Shown here: in pieces, positions 1-8,241 of the stretch | Position numbering within the stretch: position 1 is the first letter of the stretch | Layout: each line of letters begins with the position of its first letter | From: an uncultured archaeon | Lineage (GTDB): Archaea > Iainarchaeota > Iainarchaeia > Iainarchaeales > 0-14-0-20-30-16 | Reading direction: 5' to 3' | Assembly: GCA_964565725.1 (NCBI GenBank) | Contig: CAZMGA010000015.1 | Coordinates: 6,529-15,488, forward strand | Length of the DNA: 8,960 nt | Notes under the pieces: model-generated | Database searches by the model: none | What the model was told of the DNA's origin: nothing | Seen by the model: only the letters and a program-made list of their open reading frames with translations | Position numbers and translations under genes: made by a program

Positions 1-67
1 AAGAGCTTTTAAGGTATATGTTTTTTCAAACTTTGCCTTTTAAAATGGCTTTTTGTAATTTTAATAT

Positions 68-439
68 TTAGATTTTTTCTATAATTTGTGTTAATCTTTT
101 AAGTTTAGACAATAAATATGTTTTTTCAATATTTGATATTGACGAATTTGTAGTAATTTCTATTTCTAAACCTTCTAATGCAATTTCTAACTTTGTTTTT
201 GAAAATCTAGATCTTAATCTTGTAAGAAATTCATTTTTATTAATTTCAGATTTAGATATTCTATCTAAATTTATGAAATCAAATAATATTTTTTCTAATG
301 GGTTTGATGTAGAAAATGATTTTGGATTTATTATAAATCCAAAATGTTTATGACTATCTATTATTTCTCTTTTATTTTTTCTTATTTTGTTTAATCTAAA
401 TTCTCTTTCTTTTAAATTAATCTGTTTCTTTAATGCCAT
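68..439 (-). CDS. hypothetical protein (123 aa), basic N-terminus, family not recognisable by eye
   Basis: ORF-track frame with ATG at 437-439 (reverse complement). Unlike its neighbours it has no GGTGA-type Shine-Dalgarno (SD). A minus-strand TATATAAA-like element (about 467-474) lies roughly 30 nt upstream of the ATG, compatible with a leaderless or short-leader mRNA. The N-terminus is Lys/Arg-rich, with no Cys and no hydrophobic segment. Confidence 0.45.
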   Translation of the reverse strand: MALKKQINLKEREFRLNKIRKNKREIIDSHKHFGFIINPKSFSTSNPLEKILFDFINLDRISKSEINKNEFLTRLRSRFSKTKLEIALEGLEIEITTNSSISNIEKTYLLSKLKRLTQIIEKI

Positions 440-491
440 AATATCTAAATAATTAAATTAAGTAATATTTATATACTTTGTGATATAATTA

Positions 492-499
492 TTATATTA
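492..499 (+). promoter_or_regulatory. candidate TATA box for tRNA-Thr
   Basis: TTATATTA is centred about 30 nt upstream of the tRNA 5' end (526), roughly the archaeal TATA-to-TSS spacing. Such motifs are frequent in this AT-rich DNA, so the specificity is low. Confidence 0.3.
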
Positions 500-525
500 A
501 CTTTTGAAAAAGTACTTTTTTTATT

Positions 526-597
526 GCCTTTATAGCTTAGTGGTAGAGCAGCGGTCTTGTAAACCGCAGGTCGGGGGTTCAAGCCCCTCTAAAGGCT
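526..597 (+). tRNA. tRNA-Thr (anticodon UGU)
   Basis: Manual cloverleaf. Acceptor GCCTTTA/TAAAGGC (7 bp). D arm GCTT-AGTGGTA-GAGC. Anticodon stem GCGGT/ACCGC with loop CT-TGT-AA. Variable loop AGGTC. T arm GGGGG-TTCAAGC-CCCTC. Discriminator T597. No encoded CCA and no intron. It is a GC-rich island in AT-rich surroundings. Confidence 0.9.
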
Positions 598-609
598 TAT
601 TTTAAATAT

Positions 610-1209
610 TTAATTTAATATATCTTTTTCTGTATTTTCTTTTTCCATAAATTCATTATATTCATTTAAGTCATTAAAATTGAAATCATCTGAATTCTTT
701 TTATATTTTTCAATTGTAGTTTTTATAGCTCCTATTGTAGCTCCTTTTAATAATCTCATTATAACTTCATTTGCAACTTTTATATTTTTCAAATTACCTA
801 CAATAGAAATGGTTTTACCTTGAATAGATATATAACAATCTAAATTATCTTCTAAATATTTTCTTATTGAGCCATCTGTGCCAATAACTCTGGATTTTCT
901 TGTATATGTTGTTTTTTTATTTTTAATACTTAAATCCTTTAAATTTATTACATTAAGTGTATAATTTTCATCAAACAAATTTTTTGCTTTTTCTGGGTTG
1001 AATCCTCTGCCTATTGCTTTAATTACTAATTCTAATCTATAGAACGTAATTGGGTTGGCCTTTTCTGTAGAAATTTCTATATCTCCTGTATTACTATTAA
1101 TTTCTATTTTACTATCAGAGATATCTTCTAATTCTTTTTTTGTTTGTCCATCTTTACCTATAATTGCTCCAATTCTTATTTTTGGTATTTTTAATTCAAT
1201 ATAATTCAT
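610..1209 (-). CDS. two-KH-domain RNA-binding protein, Dim2/Pno1-like small-subunit biogenesis factor
   Basis: Two type-I KH GXXG loops are present: IGKDGQTKKELE and IGTDGSIRKYLE. The protein is 199 aa with an acidic C-terminal tail. ATG at 1207-1209 (rc) is preceded by GGTGA (rc of 1214-1218) with a 4-nt spacer. It is translationally coupled to the upstream Rio1 gene, whose TGA stop lies inside that SD. Confidence 0.75.
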   Translation of the reverse strand: MNYIELKIPKIRIGAIIGKDGQTKKELEDISDSKIEINSNTGDIEISTEKANPITFYRLELVIKAIGRGFNPEKAKNLFDENYTLNVINLKDLSIKNKKTTYTRKSRVIGTDGSIRKYLEDNLDCYISIQGKTISIVGNLKNIKVANEVIMRLLKGATIGAIKTTIEKYKKNSDDFNFNDLNEYNEFMEKENTEKDILN

Positions 1210-1213
1210 AATT

Positions 1214-1978
1214 TCACCTTTTATTTTTTAAATTTGAATAATTTTTAATTTCCTCTTTAAATTGTGAGATATTTTTATCTATTCCGTTATTATTAAAGAA
1301 TTTAATTAAATTATTTAAATCTCTATTCAAAAATTCTTTTGCTTTTTCATATTTTGTTGAAACGCTTTGTCCCATATCGAAGAAATAAACTTTTTTATTA
1401 TAAAATATAATATTATATTCAGATAAATCAGCATGAACTAATTTTGCATTATAAATTAAATTATTTAAATTTACTATACACTGATTATATATTTCTAAAA
1501 TATTATCATTATTTGTATCATATTTTAAAGTTTTTTTAGGTATTCCTTCTTTGCCTATCAATTCCATTATAATTACATTATTTTCTTGATCTATTGGTTT
1601 AGGGACATTAACTTTATTATCATATGCATTTTTCAGATTAAAATATTCTCTTTCAGTCCACGCATAAATTCTTTTTATAGGATTATTTGCAATTTTATTT
1701 AAATTATCATTATCAATGTAATCTCTTCTATTATGAAAGTAAGTAGTTTCAATTCTATATATTTTTACAGCTACAAATTTATTATTTGCTTTACCTACAA
1801 ATAGATTTGCTTCTTTCCCTTTAGATATTGGTCCTATAATATAATCTAGATTTCCTCTTCTTTCTATTGTTCTTAAAGACTTTTCAGTTCTATCATCAAA
1901 AACTTCTTTAAAGATTTTTCTTTTAACTTTATCTTTTTGTTGAATAGTATTTGGGTTTATGAAAGATTCATCATTCAA
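1214..1978 (-). CDS. rio1: RIO-type serine/threonine protein kinase, Rio1 subfamily
   Basis: Motifs are in canonical order: flexible/P-loop SKGKEANLF, VAVKIYR (ATP lysine), catalytic loop LVHADLSEYNIIF, metal-binding FFDMGQSV. There is no N-terminal winged-helix domain, so it looks like Rio1 rather than Rio2. The start is TTG (rc of 1976-1978), since there is no in-frame ATG near the N-terminus. That start is supported by GTGAT (rc of 1984-1988) 5 nt upstream. Confidence 0.85.
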   Translation of the reverse strand: MNDESFINPNTIQQKDKVKRKIFKEVFDDRTEKSLRTIERRGNLDYIIGPISKGKEANLFVGKANNKFVAVKIYRIETTYFHNRRDYIDNDNLNKIANNPIKRIYAWTEREYFNLKNAYDNKVNVPKPIDQENNVIIMELIGKEGIPKKTLKYDTNNDNILEIYNQCIVNLNNLIYNAKLVHADLSEYNIIFYNKKVYFFDMGQSVSTKYEKAKEFLNRDLNNLIKFFNNNGIDKNISQFKEEIKNYSNLKNKR

Positions 1979-2045
1979 ATTATATCACTTTTTAATATAA
2001 TAAATAAAATAAATAGCGGGGGTGAATATAAATGTTATTAAACAT

Positions 2046-2384
2046 TTATTTAAATGCAGCTAAAATTTTTTTAATTAAATTATCATCAGCTTCAACTTGT
2101 TTATATAATATTGTTTTAACATTATCTTCTGTTTCGGGGATAATATTTAATAATTCAATAATTATTTTTTCACTTAAATTATATTCTGCTAATTTAGTTC
2201 TAATTTCTTTTTCTTTTGTTTTTGTCATTTTTTTATTTAATTTATTTAAGTATTCTTTAGTTTGTTGAATTTCAAAAGGTATTTCCTTTTCGTTTTTTGT
2301 AAATTCTTCAACAATATTATCTAAATGTTCTTTAGCAGTATAATTGTCTATTGGTTTAATTCCGTTTATTTTTTTTGCAAACAT
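2046..2384 (-). CDS. rpoF: DNA-directed RNA polymerase subunit Rpo4/RpoF
   Basis: The 112-aa protein has an RpoF-like layout: N-terminal ..TAKEHL.., central helical FEIQQTKEYLNKL, and C-terminal ELLNIIPETEDNVKTILYK...LIKKILAAFK (compare the archaeal RpoF motif ..LVDILPED..IR.I..). It sits immediately downstream of rpl21e, which is the canonical archaeal synteny. GGTG lies 5 nt before the ATG and overlaps the rpl21e TAG stop. Confidence 0.8.
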   Translation of the reverse strand: MFAKKINGIKPIDNYTAKEHLDNIVEEFTKNEKEIPFEIQQTKEYLNKLNKKMTKTKEKEIRTKLAEYNLSEKIIIELLNIIPETEDNVKTILYKQVEADDNLIKKILAAFK

Positions 2385-2392
2385 ATTTACAC

Positions 2393-2668
2393 CTATTTAA
2401 TTGCCTTTAAATGTGCATTACCCACTAAAACTTTTTTACCTTCATTAGGTACTTCTAATAAATAACTATTACCTCTTTTTTCTATAATAGTTCCTACTTT
2501 ACCAGCAAATCTTCTAAAAGGTAATCCTTCATGATATCTTCCATTAGGTTTTATTACTACTTTTGAACCTAATTCATATTCTTTTAATAAATTTTCTACA
2601 CTTACTTTTTCTCCTCTAAATAAATATCTTGTATTTGCTCTCTTACCAACAGGTTTTTTATTAGTCAT
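2393..2668 (-). CDS. rpl21e: 50S ribosomal protein L21e
   Basis: The 91-aa protein carries the L21e pattern: LGSKVVIKPNGRYHEGLPFRRFAGKVGTIIEKRGNSYLLEV...HLK (compare GDKV.I..dps.hkGmPh.rfhGrtG.V.gkrG.ay.V.V). GTGAT lies 3 nt upstream of the ATG. Confidence 0.88.
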   Translation of the reverse strand: MTNKKPVGKRANTRYLFRGEKVSVENLLKEYELGSKVVIKPNGRYHEGLPFRRFAGKVGTIIEKRGNSYLLEVPNEGKKVLVGNAHLKAIK

Positions 2669-2801
2669 TAAATCACATCCATAATAAACAATATAATAAG
2701 AAGTATTATTAAATATATTATAATAAGCAATATTTATAAAGCTAACTAAATAAATTATTCTTATAATGAGTTAATATAAAATATTCTTTCTTAGTGATTT
2801 G

Positions 2802-4427
2802 ATGAATTTGAAATATGTTGATTATCCATTTAAAATAACAATATTTGCAATAGCTTTATTAGTTATATTAAAAATAATGTTTTCTAATAATTTGCAATTA
2901 ATATTGTTTACATCTCTATTTGAAATATCTATATTTATATTAATATTAGAAATATATTATACTTTATTAAAATTGTCTAAGAATAAGATTATTAGTAAGG
3001 TAATTTTTTATATATTGTATGGTATAAATCTAATAATCTCTATCATTAATGGGTATTTTCTAGAAGATCTATTTGTTAGACAAGAATCAATTTTAGAATT
3101 GAATTTTGGTATTATTAGAGTATTTTTCCAGGAATTTTTATCTATTAAATTTTTAATTTGTTTAATACTTTTTTTTGTTATAACATTTTTAATATTATAT
3201 TTTATTAAATTTAAATCTATTGTTATTAAAAAAAAATTATCAATAATTATAGTTTCAGTATTAATTATATTAATAATGCCATTTATGACTAATTTTTCTC
3301 ATCCATATACTAATATGAATTTTTATAAAACTCAACAAATATTAGCTCCTAGTGAAGAATTACCCTTAGATTTTAGTCAATTAAATTTTGAATTTAATGA
3401 TTATTTTGATATAAATTCTAGGTATTCGAAAATTTTTGTTTTTGTAATGGAAGAATCTCCATATTATATGTTTAATGCTGATATTGATAAAATTGATTAT
3501 AATAATAATTTTTTTAAGCAATTAGCAAATAAAACAAATAATTATTCTAATTATTATACAACAGATCAAGATAGTAGAATTGCCTTATTTGCGATGTTAT
3601 CATCTGTTTTTGTACCATATGAATCATATTCTGATAGTAATTGGTTTAATATTTATGGTAAAAAAATATTAAGTAAAAAAAATTTAGTAGAATTTTTTAA
3701 AAAAAATGATTTTAATACCTATTTCTTTATTTCAGATGTCAATGTAGCGTTTGAAATGAAATATTATCCTTGGACAGGATATGGTAAAATGGAAGATAAA
3801 GACTTTTATGATACTAATTATGTTTGTGTTAAATTATTAGAATACCAAAAGGGTTGTGAAGATGAAATATTAATGGATCAACTAAAAAATGTGGCTAAGC
3901 AAGATCAGGTTTTTGTTTATCAGGAATTTGTTTATGGACATGGCCAACAATATATTACTAAAAAAGGATTATCAAGACCTACTTATTATAATAATTATTT
4001 GTTAGAATTTTATAATTATTTAGTTGATGAAGATATGTTTAAAGATTCATTAATTATTGTAGTTTCTGATCATGGATTAAAAGGTACTGGACCAGCTTCT
4101 CAAATAAAACAATATCAAGTTCCATTTTTAGTTATTGCTAATGATTTAAATAATTACGATGATAAAAGATTGTTTAATCATTTAAATTTCAAAGATATTT
4201 TATTACATTATTTAACGGGTTCTGATTTAAATTCTCTTAATAAATCATTTTTTATAGGAACAACTCAAACAAATTATATTGGTTTTGTTAAAGAAAACCA
4301 ATCTTATGCCATTATTAATAATTCAAGTTCTAATTTGGTTAGTAATAAAGGATTAAATCTTGAAGAGATTTCTGGAGATTATAATTTTTTTCTAAATTAT
4401 AAACAATTTTTTGATCATAATTGTTAA
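2802..4427 (+). CDS. polytopic membrane protein with extracytoplasmic alkaline-phosphatase-superfamily (sulfatase-fold; LtaS/EptA/OpgB/BcsG-like) phospho-headgroup transferase domain
   Basis: There are about five N-terminal hydrophobic segments in residues 10-165. The roughly 370-aa C-terminal domain carries an ordered motif set: FVFVMEES (metal-ligand Glu), YYTTDQDSRIALFAMLS (candidate Thr nucleophile), VYGHGQQY (compare the GSHGP.Y box of EptA/MCR-1), VVSDHG (Asp-His metal pair), QVPFLV. I prefer ATG 2802 over the track's TTG 2799 because GTGAT (2794-2798) would have zero spacing to the TTG. Confidence 0.62.
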   Translation: MNLKYVDYPFKITIFAIALLVILKIMFSNNLQLILFTSLFEISIFILILEIYYTLLKLSKNKIISKVIFYILYGINLIISIINGYFLEDLFVRQESILELNFGIIRVFFQEFLSIKFLICLILFFVITFLILYFIKFKSIVIKKKLSIIIVSVLIILIMPFMTNFSHPYTNMNFYKTQQILAPSEELPLDFSQLNFEFNDYFDINSRYSKIFVFVMEESPYYMFNADIDKIDYNNNFFKQLANKTNNYSNYYTTDQDSRIALFAMLSSVFVPYESYSDSNWFNIYGKKILSKKNLVEFFKKNDFNTYFFISDVNVAFEMKYYPWTGYGKMEDKDFYDTNYVCVKLLEYQKGCEDEILMDQLKNVAKQDQVFVYQEFVYGHGQQYITKKGLSRPTYYNNYLLEFYNYLVDEDMFKDSLIIVVSDHGLKGTGPASQIKQYQVPFLVIANDLNNYDDKRLFNHLNFKDILLHYLTGSDLNSLNKSFFIGTTQTNYIGFVKENQSYAIINNSSSNLVSNKGLNLEEISGDYNFFLNYKQFFDHNC

Positions 4428-4482
4428 GTTAAGATTTAAAATAATAATAGTATATTATTAATATGTTAAATAGTGGGTTTAA

Positions 4483-5739
4483 ATGTATATAGATTGGTTT
4501 TTCTTAATAAGTTCTGTAATAACTTTATTTATGAGTATATTATTTTTTTTAAGTTATTTTTCTAGAAACAAGTACGATCCTAAACCTCAAAAGTTTTATG
4601 GTATTAGTATATTAGTTCCTATGTGGAATGAAGAAAACACAATACTAACTACATTAAATTCTTTAAAGGAGGTGTGTTCTAATTATAAAGGTGATTCTGA
4701 AGTTATAGTTATAGATAATAATTCTACAGATAATAGTTATAATATTGTAAAAAAATATTCTAGTAAACATAATTTTGTGAGAGTAGTACAAGAATTAAAA
4801 AAACAGGGTAAAAGTTATGCTTTTAATACTGGAATAAAATATGCGAAATATGAATTAATTGCATGTGTAGATGCAGATTCATACCCTACTCCTAAATGTT
4901 TAAATTCAATGATTGGATATTTTGATGATTCTAAAGTTGGAGCTGTAACGTCTAAAATGGTAGTTAAATCTCCTAAAAATGTAGTAGAATATTTTCAAGA
5001 TTTAGAATATATTTATTCTAATTTTTTATTAACGGCTAGTGACACTTTAGAATCTATATATGTTACTAAAGGGCCATTAAGTATTTATAGAAAATCTATT
5101 TTGGTTAAAATAAAAGGTTTTGAACATCCTAATATAACTCCTACTGAGGATATGGAAATAACTTTTAGAATAAGAAAGTTAGGATATATTATTAAATCTT
5201 CTAAAGATGCAATAGTTTATACATCGGTAATGCCAACATGGAAAAAATTATTTTGGCAAAGAATTAGATGGAATAGGGGAGCTATGATAAACTTTAATTT
5301 GCATAAGGATATAATTTTTAATCCAAAGTATGATTTTTTCGGTTTAGTTTTTATGCCATTAATTACTTTAACCATGTTTATGATAGTCTGTATAGTTTAT
5401 TTTATGATTATGAAGGTTTATAAAAATATTTTTTTAGTTTTACAAAAATTATATTATTATTTAACATTTAAAGAAGTCCCCAATATTGTGAATTATATCA
5501 TGACATTAAAAACTGATTTCTTATTTGTAATTCCAAGTTTTATAATTTTATTTGTAATTATTCTTTTATTATATTTTATTTTAAATTATTTAGGTTTTAA
5601 AGATAGTGGAGAAGAGATAACTATAAAAAGATTATTTGTTCTATTATTAAGTTTGATAATTTATTTCCCAATCCAAATTTATTTTTGGGTGTGTGCGATA
5701 ATAATTCAAATAACCAAAAAAAGTTCTAAATGGCGTTAA
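4483..5739 (+). CDS. processive family-2 glycosyltransferase (PgaC/IcaA/BcsA/NodC/chitin-synthase-like polysaccharide synthase)
   Basis: One N-terminal TM segment is followed by the GT-A core: ISILVPMWNEE, VIDNNSTD, DxD = CVDADS, catalytic TED = PTEDMEITFR, and the processivity signature QRIRWNRG (QxxRW). Three to four C-terminal TM segments follow. There is only a weak SD (AGTGGG) upstream of the ATG. Confidence 0.85.
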   Translation: MYIDWFFLISSVITLFMSILFFLSYFSRNKYDPKPQKFYGISILVPMWNEENTILTTLNSLKEVCSNYKGDSEVIVIDNNSTDNSYNIVKKYSSKHNFVRVVQELKKQGKSYAFNTGIKYAKYELIACVDADSYPTPKCLNSMIGYFDDSKVGAVTSKMVVKSPKNVVEYFQDLEYIYSNFLLTASDTLESIYVTKGPLSIYRKSILVKIKGFEHPNITPTEDMEITFRIRKLGYIIKSSKDAIVYTSVMPTWKKLFWQRIRWNRGAMINFNLHKDIIFNPKYDFFGLVFMPLITLTMFMIVCIVYFMIMKVYKNIFLVLQKLYYYLTFKEVPNIVNYIMTLKTDFLFVIPSFIILFVIILLLYFILNYLGFKDSGEEITIKRLFVLLLSLIIYFPIQIYFWVCAIIIQITKKSSKWR

Positions 5740-5748
5740 GTGATATAT

Positions 5749-6396
5749 ATGATAGCTGACTCAAAGAAGAAAATTTTTTATAAAGCATTATTTATTACTT
5801 TTTTAGTAATGTTCCTTTCTTTATTATTTGCTTCTCTAATTGTTAATTGGTCTGAAACAGATATTGATAAAGTTTATAATGATATTGTACAAGATACTCA
5901 AGAAATTCAATTATATTCAACGTTTTTTAATACTTTTAATCTAGATAAAAATTCTTGCTCTTTAATGGATAAACAAATTAGGGTTTATTCAGATAAAGTC
6001 TATGAATTATCTAGAAATGTTAATTATTATTATGAACAAAATAATGGTTCAGATAAAGCGAAAGAAATCCAAAAAAATGCTGTTTATGCTAACTTAGAAC
6101 TTTGGCTAAAAGCAGAAAATTATAGTAAGATTTGTGATACTAATAATAATTATTTGTTATATTTTTATCCATATGATTGTGTAGAATGTGGTCCATTAGT
6201 AGATACTATTAATGAATATAAAAAACAATATAAAGAGGATTTATGGATTTTTAGTATTCCAGGTAATGCAGATTCAGATTTTATCAATTTTTTACAAAAA
6301 TATTATAATATAGATTATTTACCTTCTGTAATTATTAATGGAAATGTTATAAAAGGACCAGAATCTTATAAAGAAATAGAAAAGTATTTAAAATAA
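5749..6396 (+). CDS. membrane-anchored thioredoxin/glutaredoxin-fold protein with CVEC active-site motif
   Basis: The N-terminal KKK plus a single TM segment (ALFITFLVMFLSLLFASLIV) predicts N-in, C-out topology. The C-terminal Trx fold reads LLYFYPYDCVECGP (beta1-CxxC-alpha1) then YLPSVIINGNVIKG, which resembles the glutaredoxin cis-Pro/TVPxIFIxGxxIGG box. ATG 5749 has GTGAT (5740-5744) 4 nt upstream. The track's GTG 5740 would itself be that SD. The upstream gene's TAA ends at 5739, so the two genes are tightly coupled. Confidence 0.6.
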   Translation: MIADSKKKIFYKALFITFLVMFLSLLFASLIVNWSETDIDKVYNDIVQDTQEIQLYSTFFNTFNLDKNSCSLMDKQIRVYSDKVYELSRNVNYYYEQNNGSDKAKEIQKNAVYANLELWLKAENYSKICDTNNNYLLYFYPYDCVECGPLVDTINEYKKQYKEDLWIFSIPGNADSDFINFLQKYYNIDYLPSVIINGNVIKGPESYKEIEKYLK

Positions 6397-6644
6397 TAAT
6401 GTTTTAATATATAGAAATTATATAGTAATTGTATTTAAAATAAAGAATAATAATATTGTATCAGTTGTATATTCTAAAATAAATAAAATATACACAAATC
6501 CAATATACATAACATTAGAATCTAATAAAAACAATGATTCATTTATAAACTTTTCTTTTGCTATATAATATTACAGATTAAGAATTATTTTAATCTGACG
6601 ATTTGTATTATGACAAAATTTGAAAATTTTTGAATTTGTCGATA

Positions 6645-6718
6645 TGAGTGCCCAAGATTTTTTTGGCATGATGTAGGTTAGCTTAAAAGATACATTAATT
6701 TGTGTGCTAAAACCAAGT
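6645..6718 (+). other. 5' strand of the pre-16S rRNA processing helix
   Basis: Hand-paired with the 16S 3' flank. 6650-6658 GCCCAAGAT pairs with 8329-8337. 6674-6682 TAGGTTAGC pairs with 8320-8328. 6691-6703 TACATTAATTTGT pairs with 8303-8316 (13 bp, one bulge). 6712-6716 ACCAA pairs with 8297-8301. A possible outer extension is TGA 6645-6647 with TCA 8338-8340. Confidence 0.7.
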
Positions 6719-6753
6719 CCAAACAAAATAATTTGCAGACATAAAAAAAGTAG

Positions 6754-8236
<1,483 letters not shown>

Positions 8237-8241
8237 TTCAT

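Noticed and set aside
1-67. Possible 3' end of a gene running off the left edge
   Set aside because: All three plus-strand frames close within the first 71 nt (stops at 10-12, 41-43 and 69-71). This is too little sequence to judge coding potential or strand.
2032-2268. 78-aa plus-strand ORF with a good SD (GGTGA 2021-2025)
   Set aside because: It lies entirely antisense to the well-supported rpoF gene. Its L/I/F/S/N-rich sequence is what the reverse complement of a K/E/N-rich AT-biased gene produces. No family resemblance is visible. I kept only the upstream GC island as a low-interest observation.
2799-2801. TTG start proposed by the ORF track for the LtaS-like gene, and GTG 5740 for the Trx-like gene
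   Set aside because: The GTGAT SD (2794-2798) would directly abut the TTG, whereas ATG 2802 has normal 3-nt spacing. Likewise, GTG 5740 is itself the first triplet of the GTGAT SD serving ATG 5749. The shorter starts are preferred, though this is not proven.
2669-2801. TATA/BRE promoter calls in the divergent rpl21e / LtaS-like intergenic region (for example TTTATAAA at 2733-2740 and TAATATAAAA at about 2772-2781), and similar motifs elsewhere
   Set aside because: TATA-like octamers occur by chance throughout this AT-rich DNA, and several candidates give equally plausible spacing. They cannot be supported as discrete features without TSS data.
6668-6674. C-box-like ATGATGT in the rRNA leader, suggesting a C/D box sRNA
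   Set aside because: The match to RUGAUGA is imperfect, and there is no CUGA D box at an appropriate distance. The nearest CTGA is inside the 16S 5' end, about 90 nt away. No C'/D' pair is present. The motif sits in the asymmetric loop of the processing helix.
6645-6718. Search for a canonical bulge-helix-bulge endonuclease site in the 16S processing helix
   Set aside because: By hand I found only a 2-nt bulge, a one-sided 15-nt loop and an 8/3-nt internal loop. None forms the 3-4-3 BHB geometry. I report this as an open question rather than annotating a BHB feature.
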